A DNA stretch of 64,000 nt, from contig CAVXEP010000029.1 of the NCBI GenBank assembly GCA_963760795.1, positions 482,271 through 546,270 of the forward strand. The letters are read 5' to 3'. Below, in pieces: positions 22,067-40,320 of the stretch; position 1 is the first letter of the stretch; each line of letters opens with the position of its first letter. A program made the position numbers and the translations under genes. The notes under the pieces were generated by a model. The model did not search any database. It worked only from the letters and a program-made list of their open reading frames with translations, and was not told the origin of the DNA. Source of the DNA: an uncultured delta proteobacterium (GTDB taxonomy: Bacteria; Desulfobacterota; Binatia; UBA9968).

Positions 22067-23218
22067 TTAGGATTTTCCAACGAATATCTGGCGCTGTCGG
22101 TTTAGTACTTTAGGCCGCAGTATATTGTAGGCGGCGACAGGGCGATGAAAGCCCTTGAGAGTTAATTCGCCGGCTGGCTCGGCTTCGACCAGTTCATCAA
22201 CCGTGCCGAGGAGGCGCTGGGGCACGAGGATTTCTCCCGGCTTGGCCTCGCCGCATAGCCGCGCCGCGAGGTTGGGCACAGTGCCGATGGCGCCATATTC
22301 CCACCGGCCTTCGAAGCCGATGGCGCCGATGGTGGCGTAGCCCTGGGCGATGCCGACGCCGAAACCGAGCTCGTAGCCGAGCTTGCGCCATTTGACTGTC
22401 AATTCCTTGACGCGCTTGCGCATCGCCAGCGCCATGCGGACGGCCTGCTCGGCGGGATTTGGAATCGGCGTCGGATCATTGAAGAATATCAGCATGCCAT
22501 CGCCGGCGAAGTGTTCCAGGGTTCCTTCGTGCTCGACGATCAGTTGCCCCATGGCGGCGTGATATTCGCGCAGCACGTTCATGACTTCTTCGGGCTCGGC
22601 GGTTTCAGCGAAAGCGGTGAAGCCGCGCAAGTCCAAATAGACCACGGTGATTTCCCGCCGGTGGGTTTTCAGCGGATCGTCGGCGCCGCCGCTGACGATC
22701 AGCTCGGCGAGTTGAGGAGAAAAAAATCGTTTCAAACGTTCCAATCGTTCCAGTTGCTTGACTTGCTCCTGGACGCGCGCTTCAAGAGTCCGGTTCCACT
22801 CCGCCAGCTCGCGGCGCAACTCGATCTCCTGGTCGCGCAGCCGTTTCTTTTCCAAGCAGGCGCCGATGCGGGCGCGCAGCAAAATCGGATCGAACGGTTT
22901 GGGCAAATAGTCCTCGGCGCCCAGCTCAATGCAGCGCACGACGCTGCCGATCTCGTCGAGGGCGGAGAGCACGATCACCGGAATGGCGCGCAGGTTCTCA
23001 TCGGCCTTCAATTGTTCCAGGACTTGATAGCCGTTCATCTCCGGCATCATGACATCGAGCAGGACGAGATCGAACGGTTCCGCCTTGAGCATCTCCAAGC
23101 CGATCCGGCCGTTTTCCGCAAGGAGAGCTTTATGGCCGTCTGCCTCGACCAGCGTGGACAACATGTCCCGGTTCATTTCGGTGTCGTCGACGACAAGTAT
23201 TTTCGCGGGAGCGGTCAT
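22067..23218 (-). CDS. Response regulator fused to a class III adenylate/guanylate cyclase
   Basis: REC (ILVVDD, LLDVMMP, KPF), coiled coil, cyclase motifs DLRGFT, GDG, NLAARL. Confidence 0.9.
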   Translation of the reverse strand: MTAPAKILVVDDTEMNRDMLSTLVEADGHKALLAENGRIGLEMLKAEPFDLVLLDVMMPEMNGYQVLEQLKADENLRAIPVIVLSALDEIGSVVRCIELGAEDYLPKPFDPILLRARIGACLEKKRLRDQEIELRRELAEWNRTLEARVQEQVKQLERLERLKRFFSPQLAELIVSGGADDPLKTHRREITVVYLDLRGFTAFAETAEPEEVMNVLREYHAAMGQLIVEHEGTLEHFAGDGMLIFFNDPTPIPNPAEQAVRMALAMRKRVKELTVKWRKLGYELGFGVGIAQGYATIGAIGFEGRWEYGAIGTVPNLAARLCGEAKPGEILVPQRLLGTVDELVEAEPAGELTLKGFHRPVAAYNILRPKVLNRQRQIFVGKS

Positions 23219-23253
23219 GTTCAGACTCAACTAAGAAGCCGGATTCGGATTAT

Positions 23254-23493
23254 TTCTCGCCAAGGCGCTAAGGCGCGAAGTGTAGGCAGAGCCAGACACA
23301 CAAATTCATTCCTAGTTCTCCGAACTATGAGCAATCTTGCGAGAAGGATATTCTCTATCTGTCCGAAATTCGGCAATGTTTCATCCCGACCGTGTCATCC
23401 CGAGCGCAATGTCGAGGGATCTGAGAAGGATTTCTCTCTCCGTTCGAAATGACAATGTTCGACCCTTGGCGTCTTTGCGCCTTTGCGGGAGAT
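23254..23493. repeat. Composite intergenic repeat: 9-mer arms flanking a palindromic element
   Basis: TCTCGCCAAGGCGCTAAGGCGCGAAG (23254), GTCATCCCGAGCG...GATTTCTC...CGAAATGACA (about 23394-23454), TTGGCGTCTTTGCGCCTTTGCGGGAGA (23466); homologous pieces recur near 33300, 34190 and 45048. Confidence 0.75.
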
Positions 23494-23506
23494 ATTGTTT
23501 TCTCCT

Positions 23507-23874
23507 CTAACCCAGGTACCTCTTATTTTTTCCAAGAGATCCGCCGGATCGAACGGTTTGGTCACGTAGGCGTCGCAGCCGGCGGCGAAGGCTTTGGCGT
23601 CGTCGCCGCTGAGCGCGTAGGAGGTCACCGCGATGATGGGGATGTGCTTGAGCGCCGGATTGGCCTTGATCCGCCGCGTGGTCTCGTAGCCGTCGATGCC
23701 GGGCAGCTGGATGTCCATCAGGATCAAGTCGGGCCGCTCCGTCTCCGCCGCCGTCACGCCAGCTTCGCCTGTGACTGCTTCGATCAACTCATAGCCGAAG
23801 CTGGTCAACAGATCGCGCAACAACCGCCGGTTTTCCTCGTGATCTTCGATCGCCAATATTCGCTTCGCCGCCAC
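23507..23874 (-). CDS. Single-domain response regulator, DivK-like (frameshift near the C-terminus)
   Basis: ILAIED, LILMDIQLPGIDG, IIAVTSYALSGD, AGCDAYVTKPF; GGAGGA RBS before GTG 23874; probable TAG at 23507. Confidence 0.85.
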
Positions 23875-23894
23875 TTTACATGTCCTCCCAGCCA

Positions 23895-24039
23895 TTTTGG
23901 ATTTTCGTCCGCGGGGCCGCTTTTGGATTTTGGATTGGAATTAAATCCAATTTCCTGCTCAGACCCTTTGTATCGGTGGAAGTTCGCATTTTTAAGTCCG
24001 ATGCCTTTCAATCCAAAATCGAAAATCCAAAATCCAAAA

Positions 24040-24040
<1 letters not shown>
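23895..24040. repeat. Inverted heptamer repeat tracts
   Basis: TTTTGGA-type units (23895-23937) facing AATCCAA/AATCGAA units (24010-24040). Confidence 0.65.
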
Positions 24041-32160
<8,120 letters not shown>

Positions 32161-32402
32161 ATAGCAATGCAATGAAGAAGAAGTGCCTGATTTCTAAGCC
32201 AGGTGCATGCCCGGCGTCAAGGAAGGGTCTAAAGCACTAAGAGACGCGTGAGGCGTGAAGGGTCAGGGGTTGGGCGTCCGCTCGTTGTCGCCCATGGGAT
32301 TTGACGCACAACTGCCCGGCTTCTGGGCGCGAATCGAATGGCCAAATTGCGGATAGGAAGGGTCGCGCCACTGTGCACAAGGGTCTAAGGCAGCGCGGCG
32401 CG

Positions 32403-32439
32403 TTGACGCATAGAATCTGTGTTGCTATCTTAGTTGCTA
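32403..32439 (+). promoter_or_regulatory. Sigma70-type promoter with a direct-repeat putative operator for the TA operon
   Basis: TTGACG (32403)-N17-TATCTT (32426); GTTGCTA at 32421 and 32433; AGGAGG RBS at 32446. Confidence 0.65.
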
Positions 32440-32455
32440 CATTCCAGGAGGGTTC

Positions 32456-32806
32456 ATGCCTAAGTTCGCCACCGTGAGAGATTTAAAGAATCAGACGACC
32501 GCCCTTATTCGTGAAGCGGAAGCAGGTAAGGCCGTGGTGGTCACTCGGCGGGGTAAGCCCGTAGCCACGCTCAAGCCTTTCGAGCAGCGAGATGTTGACG
32601 ATGATGAACGTTACCCTACCACAGCCTATGACTCATTGAAGAAGAAAATATTGGCCAAACACCCTAAACTGGCGAAAGAAAGCCCAGAACAAGCGCGCAA
32701 ACGATTCGAAAAAATCAGTGAAAAGATAAGACGGTCCCTCCCTTTTAAGACCTGGCGAGAAATGGACAGGTTTGCCAAAGGGGACCGCTATGGTCTTACT
32801 CGATAG
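32456..32806 (+). CDS. Phd/YefM family antitoxin
   Basis: TVRDLKNQT ... VVVTRRGKPVA N-terminal domain. Confidence 0.85.
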   Translation: MPKFATVRDLKNQTTALIREAEAGKAVVVTRRGKPVATLKPFEQRDVDDDERYPTTAYDSLKKKILAKHPKLAKESPEQARKRFEKISEKIRRSLPFKTWREMDRFAKGDRYGLTR

Positions 32807-33248
32807 CAACATCTTCATCGTTGACCGATTCTTTCCGCGTGACTCGCTGTATCCGCAGAACAAGGAGTTTGTCGGGCAACTCGCTTCTATCGATGCGGCG
32901 GTTTCTGCTTTCACTCTGCTAGAGATTTGTGGTGCTGCATCCTTTAGACTTTCTGCCGACGAGCTGAATGACTGGCTCTTCCGCTTTGGCGCCGTTTATC
33001 CAGCTTACATCCTCGATGTTTACGGTTTAAAGGGTAACCAAGGCGAGGCTTGGTGGCGCACTTTCGTCGAGCAGGTCGCAGCCAATATCGCCAAGAAGAT
33101 GACCTTCGGCGACGCCTTACTCATGCGTGAGGCCGAATGCTACCAGGTCGAGGCAATCGTTACTTGGAACACCAAAGACTTTATCCGGCGCACCCAGCTT
33201 GCCGTTCTCACCCCGACCGCTTTCCTGCGACGCTTGAGCAGGCAATGA
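32790..33248 (+). CDS. PIN domain (VapC-like) toxin
   Basis: LLDSNIF, TLLE, FGDALL, VTWNTKDF; overlaps the antitoxin stop. Confidence 0.85.
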   Translation: MVLLDSNIFIVDRFFPRDSLYPQNKEFVGQLASIDAAVSAFTLLEICGAASFRLSADELNDWLFRFGAVYPAYILDVYGLKGNQGEAWWRTFVEQVAANIAKKMTFGDALLMREAECYQVEAIVTWNTKDFIRRTQLAVLTPTAFLRRLSRQ

Positions 33249-33299
33249 CGACAGCTTCGTCCTTTGTCGTCTCATTTGACGACGACAGCACCGAGGCCC

Positions 33300-33422
33300 G
33301 TCATCCCGAACGAATGTGAAGGATCTAGGAAAGATTTCTCCCAAGGGTCGAAATGACAACCCCTCCGAAGTTGGCGTCTTTGCGCCCCTTCGACCTTGCT
33401 CAGGGCATGCTTCGCGGGGAGT
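33300..33422. repeat. Second copy of the palindromic intergenic element
   Basis: GTCATCCCGAACGAATGTGAAGGATCT...GATTTCTC...GTCGAAATGACA then TTGGCGTCTTTGCGCC and CCCTTCGAC...GCTCAGGGCA; similar to 23394-23493. Confidence 0.7.
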
Positions 33423-33458
33423 ATTCCGAGTCCGAGAGTATGCAGTTGGAGGACATAG

Positions 33459-34179
33459 ATGAAGATTGAAGATCTCCGGTCATTGGTCGAGCAGCGCCGC
33501 AGTATCCGTGGCTACGACGCCAGCCGGGAAGTCTCCGACGAGACTATACGGACGATCCTCGATTGCGCTCGCTGGGCGCCGTCGGGCGGTAACGGCCAGC
33601 CCTGGGAGTTCGTGATCGTGCGTGAGCGCGCGACGCGGCACAAGATCGGCGATTACTATCTCAAGCAGATGGAGCAGAAACGCGAGATGGACATGGCGGT
33701 GCGCGGCACGGCGAAGATGACCGGCGACGGCTTTCGCCATGCGCCGGTGCACATCATTATTCTCGGCGATCCGCGAGTCAAAGAAGCCTATCCGATCCGC
33801 ACCAAACTGGAGAAGGCCGAGTCGCATTTCATCACCGGCCTGGCGAACGCAACTTTGCTCATTCACCTGGCGGCGACCGCGTTGGGCTTGGCGTCGCAGT
33901 ATGTCAGCGACGCCAACTCGCCGTATATGGAGACGATGATTGAAGGCGTTGCTCGGCATTCCCGAGCCGCTGCGAATTTATCACTTGGTGCCGATCGGCT
34001 ACGCCAAGAGCGCCGTAGCGGCGCCGCCGCGCCGTGGCCTGAACGAGCTGATTCATCTTGAGCGCTACGACATGAGCAAATTTCGCAGCGACGAGCAGAT
34101 GATGGGCTTCGTCAAAACACGGACGTTGCAAGGCGCCTATGGGAGAAGAGGCGGAGCGGAGGGAGATGAGAAGGAATAA
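33459..34179 (+). CDS. Nitroreductase family protein (frameshift near 33940)
   Basis: RRSIRGY, WAPSGGNGQPWEF, LAATALGL, continuing LLGIPE...VPIGY in ORF 33940..34179. Confidence 0.85.
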
Positions 34180-34224
34180 GAAAGAATTTCTCTCGCAAAG
34201 GCGCAAAGGCGCCAAGTTCGGAAC

Positions 34225-34260
34225 AAAAAAGCCCGGCGAGTTGGCGCTCCGCCGGGCTTT
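34225..34260. terminator. Intrinsic terminator between convergent genes
   Basis: AAAAAA-GCCCGGCG-loop-CGCCGGGC-TTT. Confidence 0.7.
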
Positions 34261-34280
34261 ATCTTTGTCGGACGATTAAA

Positions 34281-34712
34281 TCAATTCCAGTCGGCGAGCA
34301 CGCCCATGTCTTGGCCGCCGCCATGTTGGAAAATAACCCGCTTGCCGGTCTTGGCGTCGATCTCGTTTCTTTGTCCACCGGCTTTGGCGACGTCTTCCGC
34401 CGTCGCTTTGTGGCTGTTGCCGAGCAGAACCATCGGCTCGTCATTGGGATTCGAGCCTTCGTAGAATTCATGGGCCGGGATGCTGATGATCTGCCCCTGG
34501 GAGACCTCGTGGGTTTCGTTGCGCCCCTTGATGATGCCTTTACCGGTGAGCACGTAGTAGGTGCGATCCGACGGATGGTTGTGCATTAATTGGACGTCGC
34601 CGGGGGGGAAGCAAAGAATCCAGGTTTCCAGATTCTCGCGGCGGAAAAGATCGATGCGGCGCTGGCCTTTCTTGCGTTCCTTGGCCATTTCCAAAACTTC
34701 TAATACTTTCAT
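34281..34712 (-). CDS. Cupin domain protein
   Basis: MHNHP...YYVLTGKG and G-x5-IPA cupin boxes; GGAGG RBS; TTGACA-N18-TAGATT upstream at 34785-34756. Confidence 0.75.
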   Translation of the reverse strand: MKVLEVLEMAKERKKGQRRIDLFRRENLETWILCFPPGDVQLMHNHPSDRTYYVLTGKGIIKGRNETHEVSQGQIISIPAHEFYEGSNPNDEPMVLLGNSHKATAEDVAKAGGQRNEIDAKTGKRVIFQHGGGQDMGVLADWN

Positions 34713-34846
34713 GGGAACCTCCTTTTAGGTTGGTGTTACTGTTACGGCTTATGAGAATCTAGCCCTGTTGTGGGAACACTGTCAAGGCGAAGTTTGTCTG
34801 GCGGCGCCAACCGTAATATAGAGGAAGCTACGAAGGAGAAACGCTA

Positions 34847-35746
34847 ATGGCTCTGACCAAACTCAGCTGTATGTACGGACATCTCGAAGGCATCGACGGC
34901 AAGTTCGCCCGCGATGTCACCGGCTATCTGTCGATCGCCGATGGCATCTATGAAAAACATGGATTGGAAATTTCCTGGAACCACGTGCAGGGAACCGAGG
35001 AGCGCTATCGGAGATTGGGAAATGGCGAAGCGCAGTTGTCGTTCGTCGTTGGCCGCGCCTCGTTGCAACATTTTCTCGATACCAAGACTACCCGGGTGAT
35101 CGGCTGCGCCATGAACAGCTGCCCGTATCTGTTGGTTGCCGACGGGGCGATCAAAGAGATTAAAGATCTCAAAGGCCAAACCGTCGTCTGCCGCGACGGA
35201 CCGGCGCGCGGCGTGCCGCTGGGCCGGCAGTTCCAGCAGCTCGGCGGCCTCGCCACGGGTTATGATTTCCAAATCAAGCTGGTCGGCAGCGACCAAGAAG
35301 CGTTTCACAGCTTGCTCGACAAAAAAGCCGCGGCGGCGATCGTGCCGCGGCCCTATGGTTTCGTCGCCGAAGACAAAGGTTTTCACCGCATGCTCGACTG
35401 GAACGATGCGGTCGACGATCCTTTGCCGATCACCATTGAGACGACGCAGAAGCTGCTCGGCGAGCGGGAGAAGGATTTCAGACTATTTTTAACGGCGCAC
35501 CGCGAAGGGATTCTTCACGCCAAAGCCAATCGCGAGAAAGTCGTCCAGCTCTTGATCGATAAATTCGCCCACTATCGTTCGCTCGCCGAGAGAACGTTCG
35601 ACGATTATCTCGGCTACATGAACGAGTCGCTGCAGATCGATATGTTGCACATGGGCAAGCTGGTCGCCCAAGTGTCGACGGACCAGGCGGCCAACGCCCG
35701 GCAGATCGCGTCGGAGTGGGCGATACCTGGGGCTGTGAAGGCATAG
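34847..35746 (+). CDS. NitT/TauT (SsuA/THI5-like) substrate-binding fold protein with no evident signal peptide
   Basis: GIYEKHGLE, IKDLKGQTV, FLTAHREG patterns. Confidence 0.7.
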   Translation: MALTKLSCMYGHLEGIDGKFARDVTGYLSIADGIYEKHGLEISWNHVQGTEERYRRLGNGEAQLSFVVGRASLQHFLDTKTTRVIGCAMNSCPYLLVADGAIKEIKDLKGQTVVCRDGPARGVPLGRQFQQLGGLATGYDFQIKLVGSDQEAFHSLLDKKAAAAIVPRPYGFVAEDKGFHRMLDWNDAVDDPLPITIETTQKLLGEREKDFRLFLTAHREGILHAKANREKVVQLLIDKFAHYRSLAERTFDDYLGYMNESLQIDMLHMGKLVAQVSTDQAANARQIASEWAIPGAVKA

Positions 35747-35896
35747 ATCGGACTAGCGGAGTTCAAGGTTCAATGTCCAAAGCTTGTCCTGAGACCTGTC
35801 GAACGGATTCGAGGTCGGGACCGGAGCCGTAATTTTGCACTCGAAAAGTTGTTTTTGCGATTGCCATGGAACAGTTGAGGAAGGAGCTTATGTCTC

Positions 35897-36911
35897 ATGT
35901 TCATTAGCGAAATAACTCGCTTACGTGTTTCGCCGACGGTCGCGTGCGTAACGGTGTTGGTTGGCATGCTGTTGCGGCTCGATGACGCAAATGGTGCGCT
36001 CGGTTACCGCCGCGGAGGTCACCATTGCGCTGCCGGCCAAGAGCTTTCAACAGATTATTTTCCCGTTGGCGCAGGAGCGCGGCTACATGAAGGAAGAAGG
36101 GATCGACCTGAAGATTACCTTCATGGAACCGACGCCGAGCATTCAGGCGCTGGTCGCCGATAGTATCGAGCTGACGGGTGCCGGCGGCAGCGCGTTGGTC
36201 GCCATCGCGCGCGGCAACATTCCCGTTAAAGTAGTGCTCGCGGTCAATGACCGCGTGCATCAATGGATACTCAGCCGGCCCAATATCGCTAGCATCAAGG
36301 AGCTAAAAGGCAAGAAGATCGCCACCACGGGCGTCGCTTCCATCTCGACCTTCATGTTTAAAAATCTCCTGCCCAAGTATGGCCTCGACGGCAGCAAGGA
36401 TGTGTTCTTTGTCGATCCGGGCGTGGGTAATCAAGCGCTGGCGCTGATGTCGGGCGCGGTGGATGCGGCGATCGTCAGTGTCGAGCAGCGCTATGCGGGT
36501 GTCGATAACGGCATGAAGGAACTCATGTATCTCGGCAACGAGGTGAAAAACTCCTGGGGTACCAGCGCGGCTTCGGAGAAATTCATGAAGGAGCAACCCA
36601 AGGTCATGGCCGGGTTCACGCGCGCGACGTTGAAAGCCTTGCGGCTGATCAAACGGGATCGCGACGGCACCATCGCCGCGTTTACCAAGTTCTCCGGCTT
36701 GCCCCAAGCGAGTGTGACGCGGCTGTATGACGACCTGATCGGCAGCTTTACCGCCAACGGCGCCGTCGATGAAGACACGCAAAAGAACGATCTCGCGGTG
36801 ATCCGCCAGGTGCTCGATTCCAAAGAATCCCTGGCGCCGGCGCGGGCGTTCGATTTCAGCTTCGCCCTGGACGCCGACCGGCAGTTGACCAAAGCGGGGT
36901 GGAAGCCGTAG
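35897..36911 (+). CDS. NitT/TauT family ABC substrate-binding protein (probable frameshift in the signal peptide)
   Basis: GYMKEEGIDL, ELKGKKIA, GAVDAAI; hydrophobic leader lies in ORF 35897..36163. Confidence 0.8.
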
Positions 36912-37087
36912 GGTGGGATTGGCGCGTTGGAGTAGTGGAATGATGGAGTGTTGGGATTCAGCGTTCGTGCTCGTGAATCAGCTCGAAAGCCCCGGATCGG
37001 TCCCATACACTCCAGAACTCCAGATTTCTAATCGTGCACAGGGGTTAAATTTTATTTCGATCACGTCAAACTATAAGGAGGATTTTT

Positions 37088-38182
37088 ATGGCAGGTATAA
37101 TCGATTCGGATACCCATATTTCCGAAGGCGAGGCGATGTGGGCGATGTTCGACAAAGATATGTACGCGCGCCGTCCCGTCATGCTCAAGAGTCCGGAAGA
37201 TACGCTCTACGGCGCGCGCAATGCGTTCTGGCTGATCGACGGCAACATTTTTCCTAAACCCAACGGCAAGGGCAGCTTTCGCCTGATCACGCCATCGGCA
37301 TCGAAATTAGAGTTATCCCGCGGCGATATTCATCTGCCCTATCGCGAGATGACCGACATTCCCGGCCGGCTGCGCGACATGGATAAATTGGGCGTCGACA
37401 CGCAGGTGGTGTTTCCGACGCTGTTTCTCATTTACATCACCGACGATGCCGCCCTCGATGTCGCCATGGCGCGCGCTTACAACCGCTTCATCGCGCAAGC
37501 CTGCGCCAAATCCGGCGGGCGCATGCGCTGGGTCGTCGTGCCGCCGCTCCATTCCACCGAAGAGTCGGTCAAAGAAATAAAATGGGCGAAAGACAACGGC
37601 GCGGTGGGCGTGTTCTTCCGCGGCATCGAAGGCGAGCGCACCTTGGATAATCCCTATTTCCATCCGATCTATCAGGCGGCCAACGATACCGAGCTGCCGA
37701 TTCTGATTCACACCGGCGCGGGTTGCCCGTTGTTCATCAAATTGTTCGATGTCGAACGCAATCACACCTTCGGCCATAGCCGCATTCAGCCGATCCTCGC
37801 GTTCCGCGATCTGATCGCCAACAAGATTCCCGAGCAGTATCCCAAACTGAAGTTCGGTTTCATCGAAGCCTCTGCCGGCTGGGTGCCGTTCATGATGCAT
37901 ATCCTGAAAAGACTGTTCAAAGAAAAATGGCAGTTCGCCTCCGACAAAGATATGTTCCGTGAATACCGCATCTTCGTCGCCGCCGAAGCGGACGAAGACA
38001 TCAAATACATCTCCGAATTTACCGGCGAGGATCATCTGATCATCGGTTCCGACTATGGCCATCAAGATCCGTCCGAAGAGCGCCAGCTAGTCGCGGCCAT
38101 CCGCGCGCGCGAGGATGTGCCGCAGTCGATCGCCAATAAAATGTTCTTCGACAATCCAAAACTACTCTACCCGCTGAATTAA
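37088..38182 (+). CDS. Amidohydrolase_2 family metalloenzyme
   Basis: IDSDTH, RLRDMDKLGVD, AYNR, PILIH, FIEA, GSDYGH. Confidence 0.88.
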   Translation: MAGIIDSDTHISEGEAMWAMFDKDMYARRPVMLKSPEDTLYGARNAFWLIDGNIFPKPNGKGSFRLITPSASKLELSRGDIHLPYREMTDIPGRLRDMDKLGVDTQVVFPTLFLIYITDDAALDVAMARAYNRFIAQACAKSGGRMRWVVVPPLHSTEESVKEIKWAKDNGAVGVFFRGIEGERTLDNPYFHPIYQAANDTELPILIHTGAGCPLFIKLFDVERNHTFGHSRIQPILAFRDLIANKIPEQYPKLKFGFIEASAGWVPFMMHILKRLFKEKWQFASDKDMFREYRIFVAAEADEDIKYISEFTGEDHLIIGSDYGHQDPSEERQLVAAIRAREDVPQSIANKMFFDNPKLLYPLN

Positions 38183-38336
38183 CGCGCCATTCAAACTCTG
38201 TTTAGGCAAACCGAGGCTTCATCCCACCCTCTCCCGCAACCGGAGAGGGTGGGATGAGGGTAAGTGCATCTCGGGTTATCGTCCAGCAAACCCACCCCTG
38301 GCTTTGGGATAACGTTGCAAAGAGAGGAGCTAACTC

Positions 38337-39320
38337 ATGAAGCGTACTTCTCTAGCTTTTTCAGTTGTCGCGCTTGGCGCTATTCTGTTCGCTACCAAGG
38401 TTGCCAGCGCGCAGCCACTCCAGATCGTCAACATGGCGATTCCTGCGCGCAGCTTTCAGATGGTCATTTATCCGATCGCCCAGCAGAAGGGTTACATGAA
38501 AGAGGAAGGGATCGATCAAAGGGTCATCTTCGTCGCGCCGACCACGAGCATCCAGGCGATGCTCGGCGGCGATATTCATTTCACCGGTGCCGGCAGCAGC
38601 GCATTGGTCAGCGTCGCGCGCGGCAATACGCCGTTGAAAGTCGTGCTCGCAACCAACGATAGAGTACTCCAGTGGTTCGTCACCAAGCCGGAAATTACCA
38701 GCCCGAAGGATCTAAAAGGTAAACGAATCGCCACCACCGGGGTCGCCGCCATCGCAACTTTTATGGCGCGCCAAGTGCTCACCAAGCATGGCCTCGACGG
38801 CAATAAAGATGTGACTTACTTCGATGTCGGTCAGGGCAATCAGCTCGCGGCGCTGCTGGGCGGCGGCTTCGACGCCGCGATTCTCAGCGTTGAACAGCGC
38901 TACGTCGCGCTGGACAAAGGCATGCGCGAGCTGTTTTTCATGGGCAACGAGGTGAAAAACTCCTGGGGCACGCTGGCGACCACCGACAAGCTGATCAAAG
39001 AGAATCCTAAAATGATCGGCGGCTTCATGCGCGCGGCGATCAAAGCATTGCGTTATATGCGCCAAGACAAGGAGGGAACGATTGCGGCGATGATCAAGTT
39101 CGCCAACGTCTCGCGCCAGCAGGCTAACCGCGTCTACGATGACATCATACCGACCTTTACGCGCAGCGGCATGGTCGACGACGAGACCCAGCGCAATGAT
39201 CTCGCCATCATCCGCCAGGTGATCAACGGCAACGAAACGTTACCTATCGCCAAGGGTTACGACTTCAGTTTCGCGTCGGAGGCCGATGCGCAACTCAACA
39301 AGATCGGCTGGAAACCGTAA
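38337..39320 (+). CDS. NitT/TauT family ABC substrate-binding protein, paralog of 35897..36911
   Basis: Signal peptide; shares GYMKEEGID, GNEVKNSWGT and the GWKP C-terminus. Confidence 0.85.
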   Translation: MKRTSLAFSVVALGAILFATKVASAQPLQIVNMAIPARSFQMVIYPIAQQKGYMKEEGIDQRVIFVAPTTSIQAMLGGDIHFTGAGSSALVSVARGNTPLKVVLATNDRVLQWFVTKPEITSPKDLKGKRIATTGVAAIATFMARQVLTKHGLDGNKDVTYFDVGQGNQLAALLGGGFDAAILSVEQRYVALDKGMRELFFMGNEVKNSWGTLATTDKLIKENPKMIGGFMRAAIKALRYMRQDKEGTIAAMIKFANVSRQQANRVYDDIIPTFTRSGMVDDETQRNDLAIIRQVINGNETLPIAKGYDFSFASEADAQLNKIGWKP

Positions 39321-39486
39321 TAACTAAGTTGAAGGCGGAAGACTGAGGATGAAACAATCGCGCTGGCGTTTTCTACCATCCCTGGCCAACACGAACTTTT
39401 TAGATCTGCAATCGCTTAGTCGAACTCGCGGCAGCCGCAGCGGCATCTTGATGCCGTTTTACAAAATACCGGTGCCACGCCCGCCT

Positions 39487-39909
39487 TCACTGGGTATCGG
39501 TGGGGGCTATTTTAAAAGTATCAGAGTCAGGCGGCGGTGCTTCGATGTACATCTTGAAACCGCCAAAGCCGTATTCGCCCACTAGTTTACTGGTGTCGGC
39601 GTCGAAGAGATCGATCAGCATGAATTTTTCTGGATGGCCGGCGAGGTAATTGGAGTACTTGTCGATGAATTGCTCTTGGCTTTGCGCATCGGCACGGCGA
39701 AAAGCCTCGCCCAAGTACAAACGATGGGGACGGCGCGTGGAATCGAGCCGCAGCCAATACTGTGAACCTCGAGGGCCGAGCGTCTCGAGCCATTTCTTAT
39801 ACTGGGCGATTTTGGCCTCCCGTTCTTTAAATTCGTTGCCATGTGACGGCGCTACGGCCATGACCGCGGCGCAGAAAAACATGATAAGCAGGGCAATGAT
39901 TTTTTTCAT
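39487..39909 (-). CDS. Exported hypothetical protein
   Basis: MKKIIALLI signal peptide after GGAGG RBS; 140 aa. Confidence 0.65.
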   Translation of the reverse strand: MKKIIALLIMFFCAAVMAVAPSHGNEFKEREAKIAQYKKWLETLGPRGSQYWLRLDSTRRPHRLYLGEAFRRADAQSQEQFIDKYSNYLAGHPEKFMLIDLFDADTSKLVGEYGFGGFKMYIEAPPPDSDTFKIAPTDTQ

Positions 39910-39944
39910 GCGTTCCCTCCATGTAAAAAGCTGGCAATTCTTAA

Positions 39945-39960
39945 CGCAAGGCTGCGGCCA
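39945..39960 (-). promoter_or_regulatory. Possible sigma54 (-24/-12) promoter
   Basis: TGGCCGCAGCCTTGCG with GG-N10-GC spacing about 36 nt upstream of ATG 39909. Confidence 0.4.
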
Positions 39961-40320
39961 CAAGTGAAGTCTTTTCTCCGCGACTGACAAGGTTAGCAAA
40001 GTGAACCAATTCAGCATCAATTATCACTAGTTGCGAGATGAAGTCCGGTAGTTTTCAATCCCCCAGCGGGACTTGTAAGGACTTGTTAGCCGCTTTCAGC
40101 GAACAATATTGCGCACGCTGGCCGAAAAGCGTTCCGCTTTATCTCTGCGATTCGCAGTAAATTTCAGAAGTGAAAATCTCAGGCTGCGTCGGCCAGGCCA
40201 TGAGCGCCGACCGCGAAAGACTAACCAAGAAGGCCAATTGTTCGGGCAAAATGTCGGAGGACGGGTAGCGGACGAAAGTTTGAATTCGCCCAGAAACGAG
40301 ATCGTTGCATCGGAAGCTTT

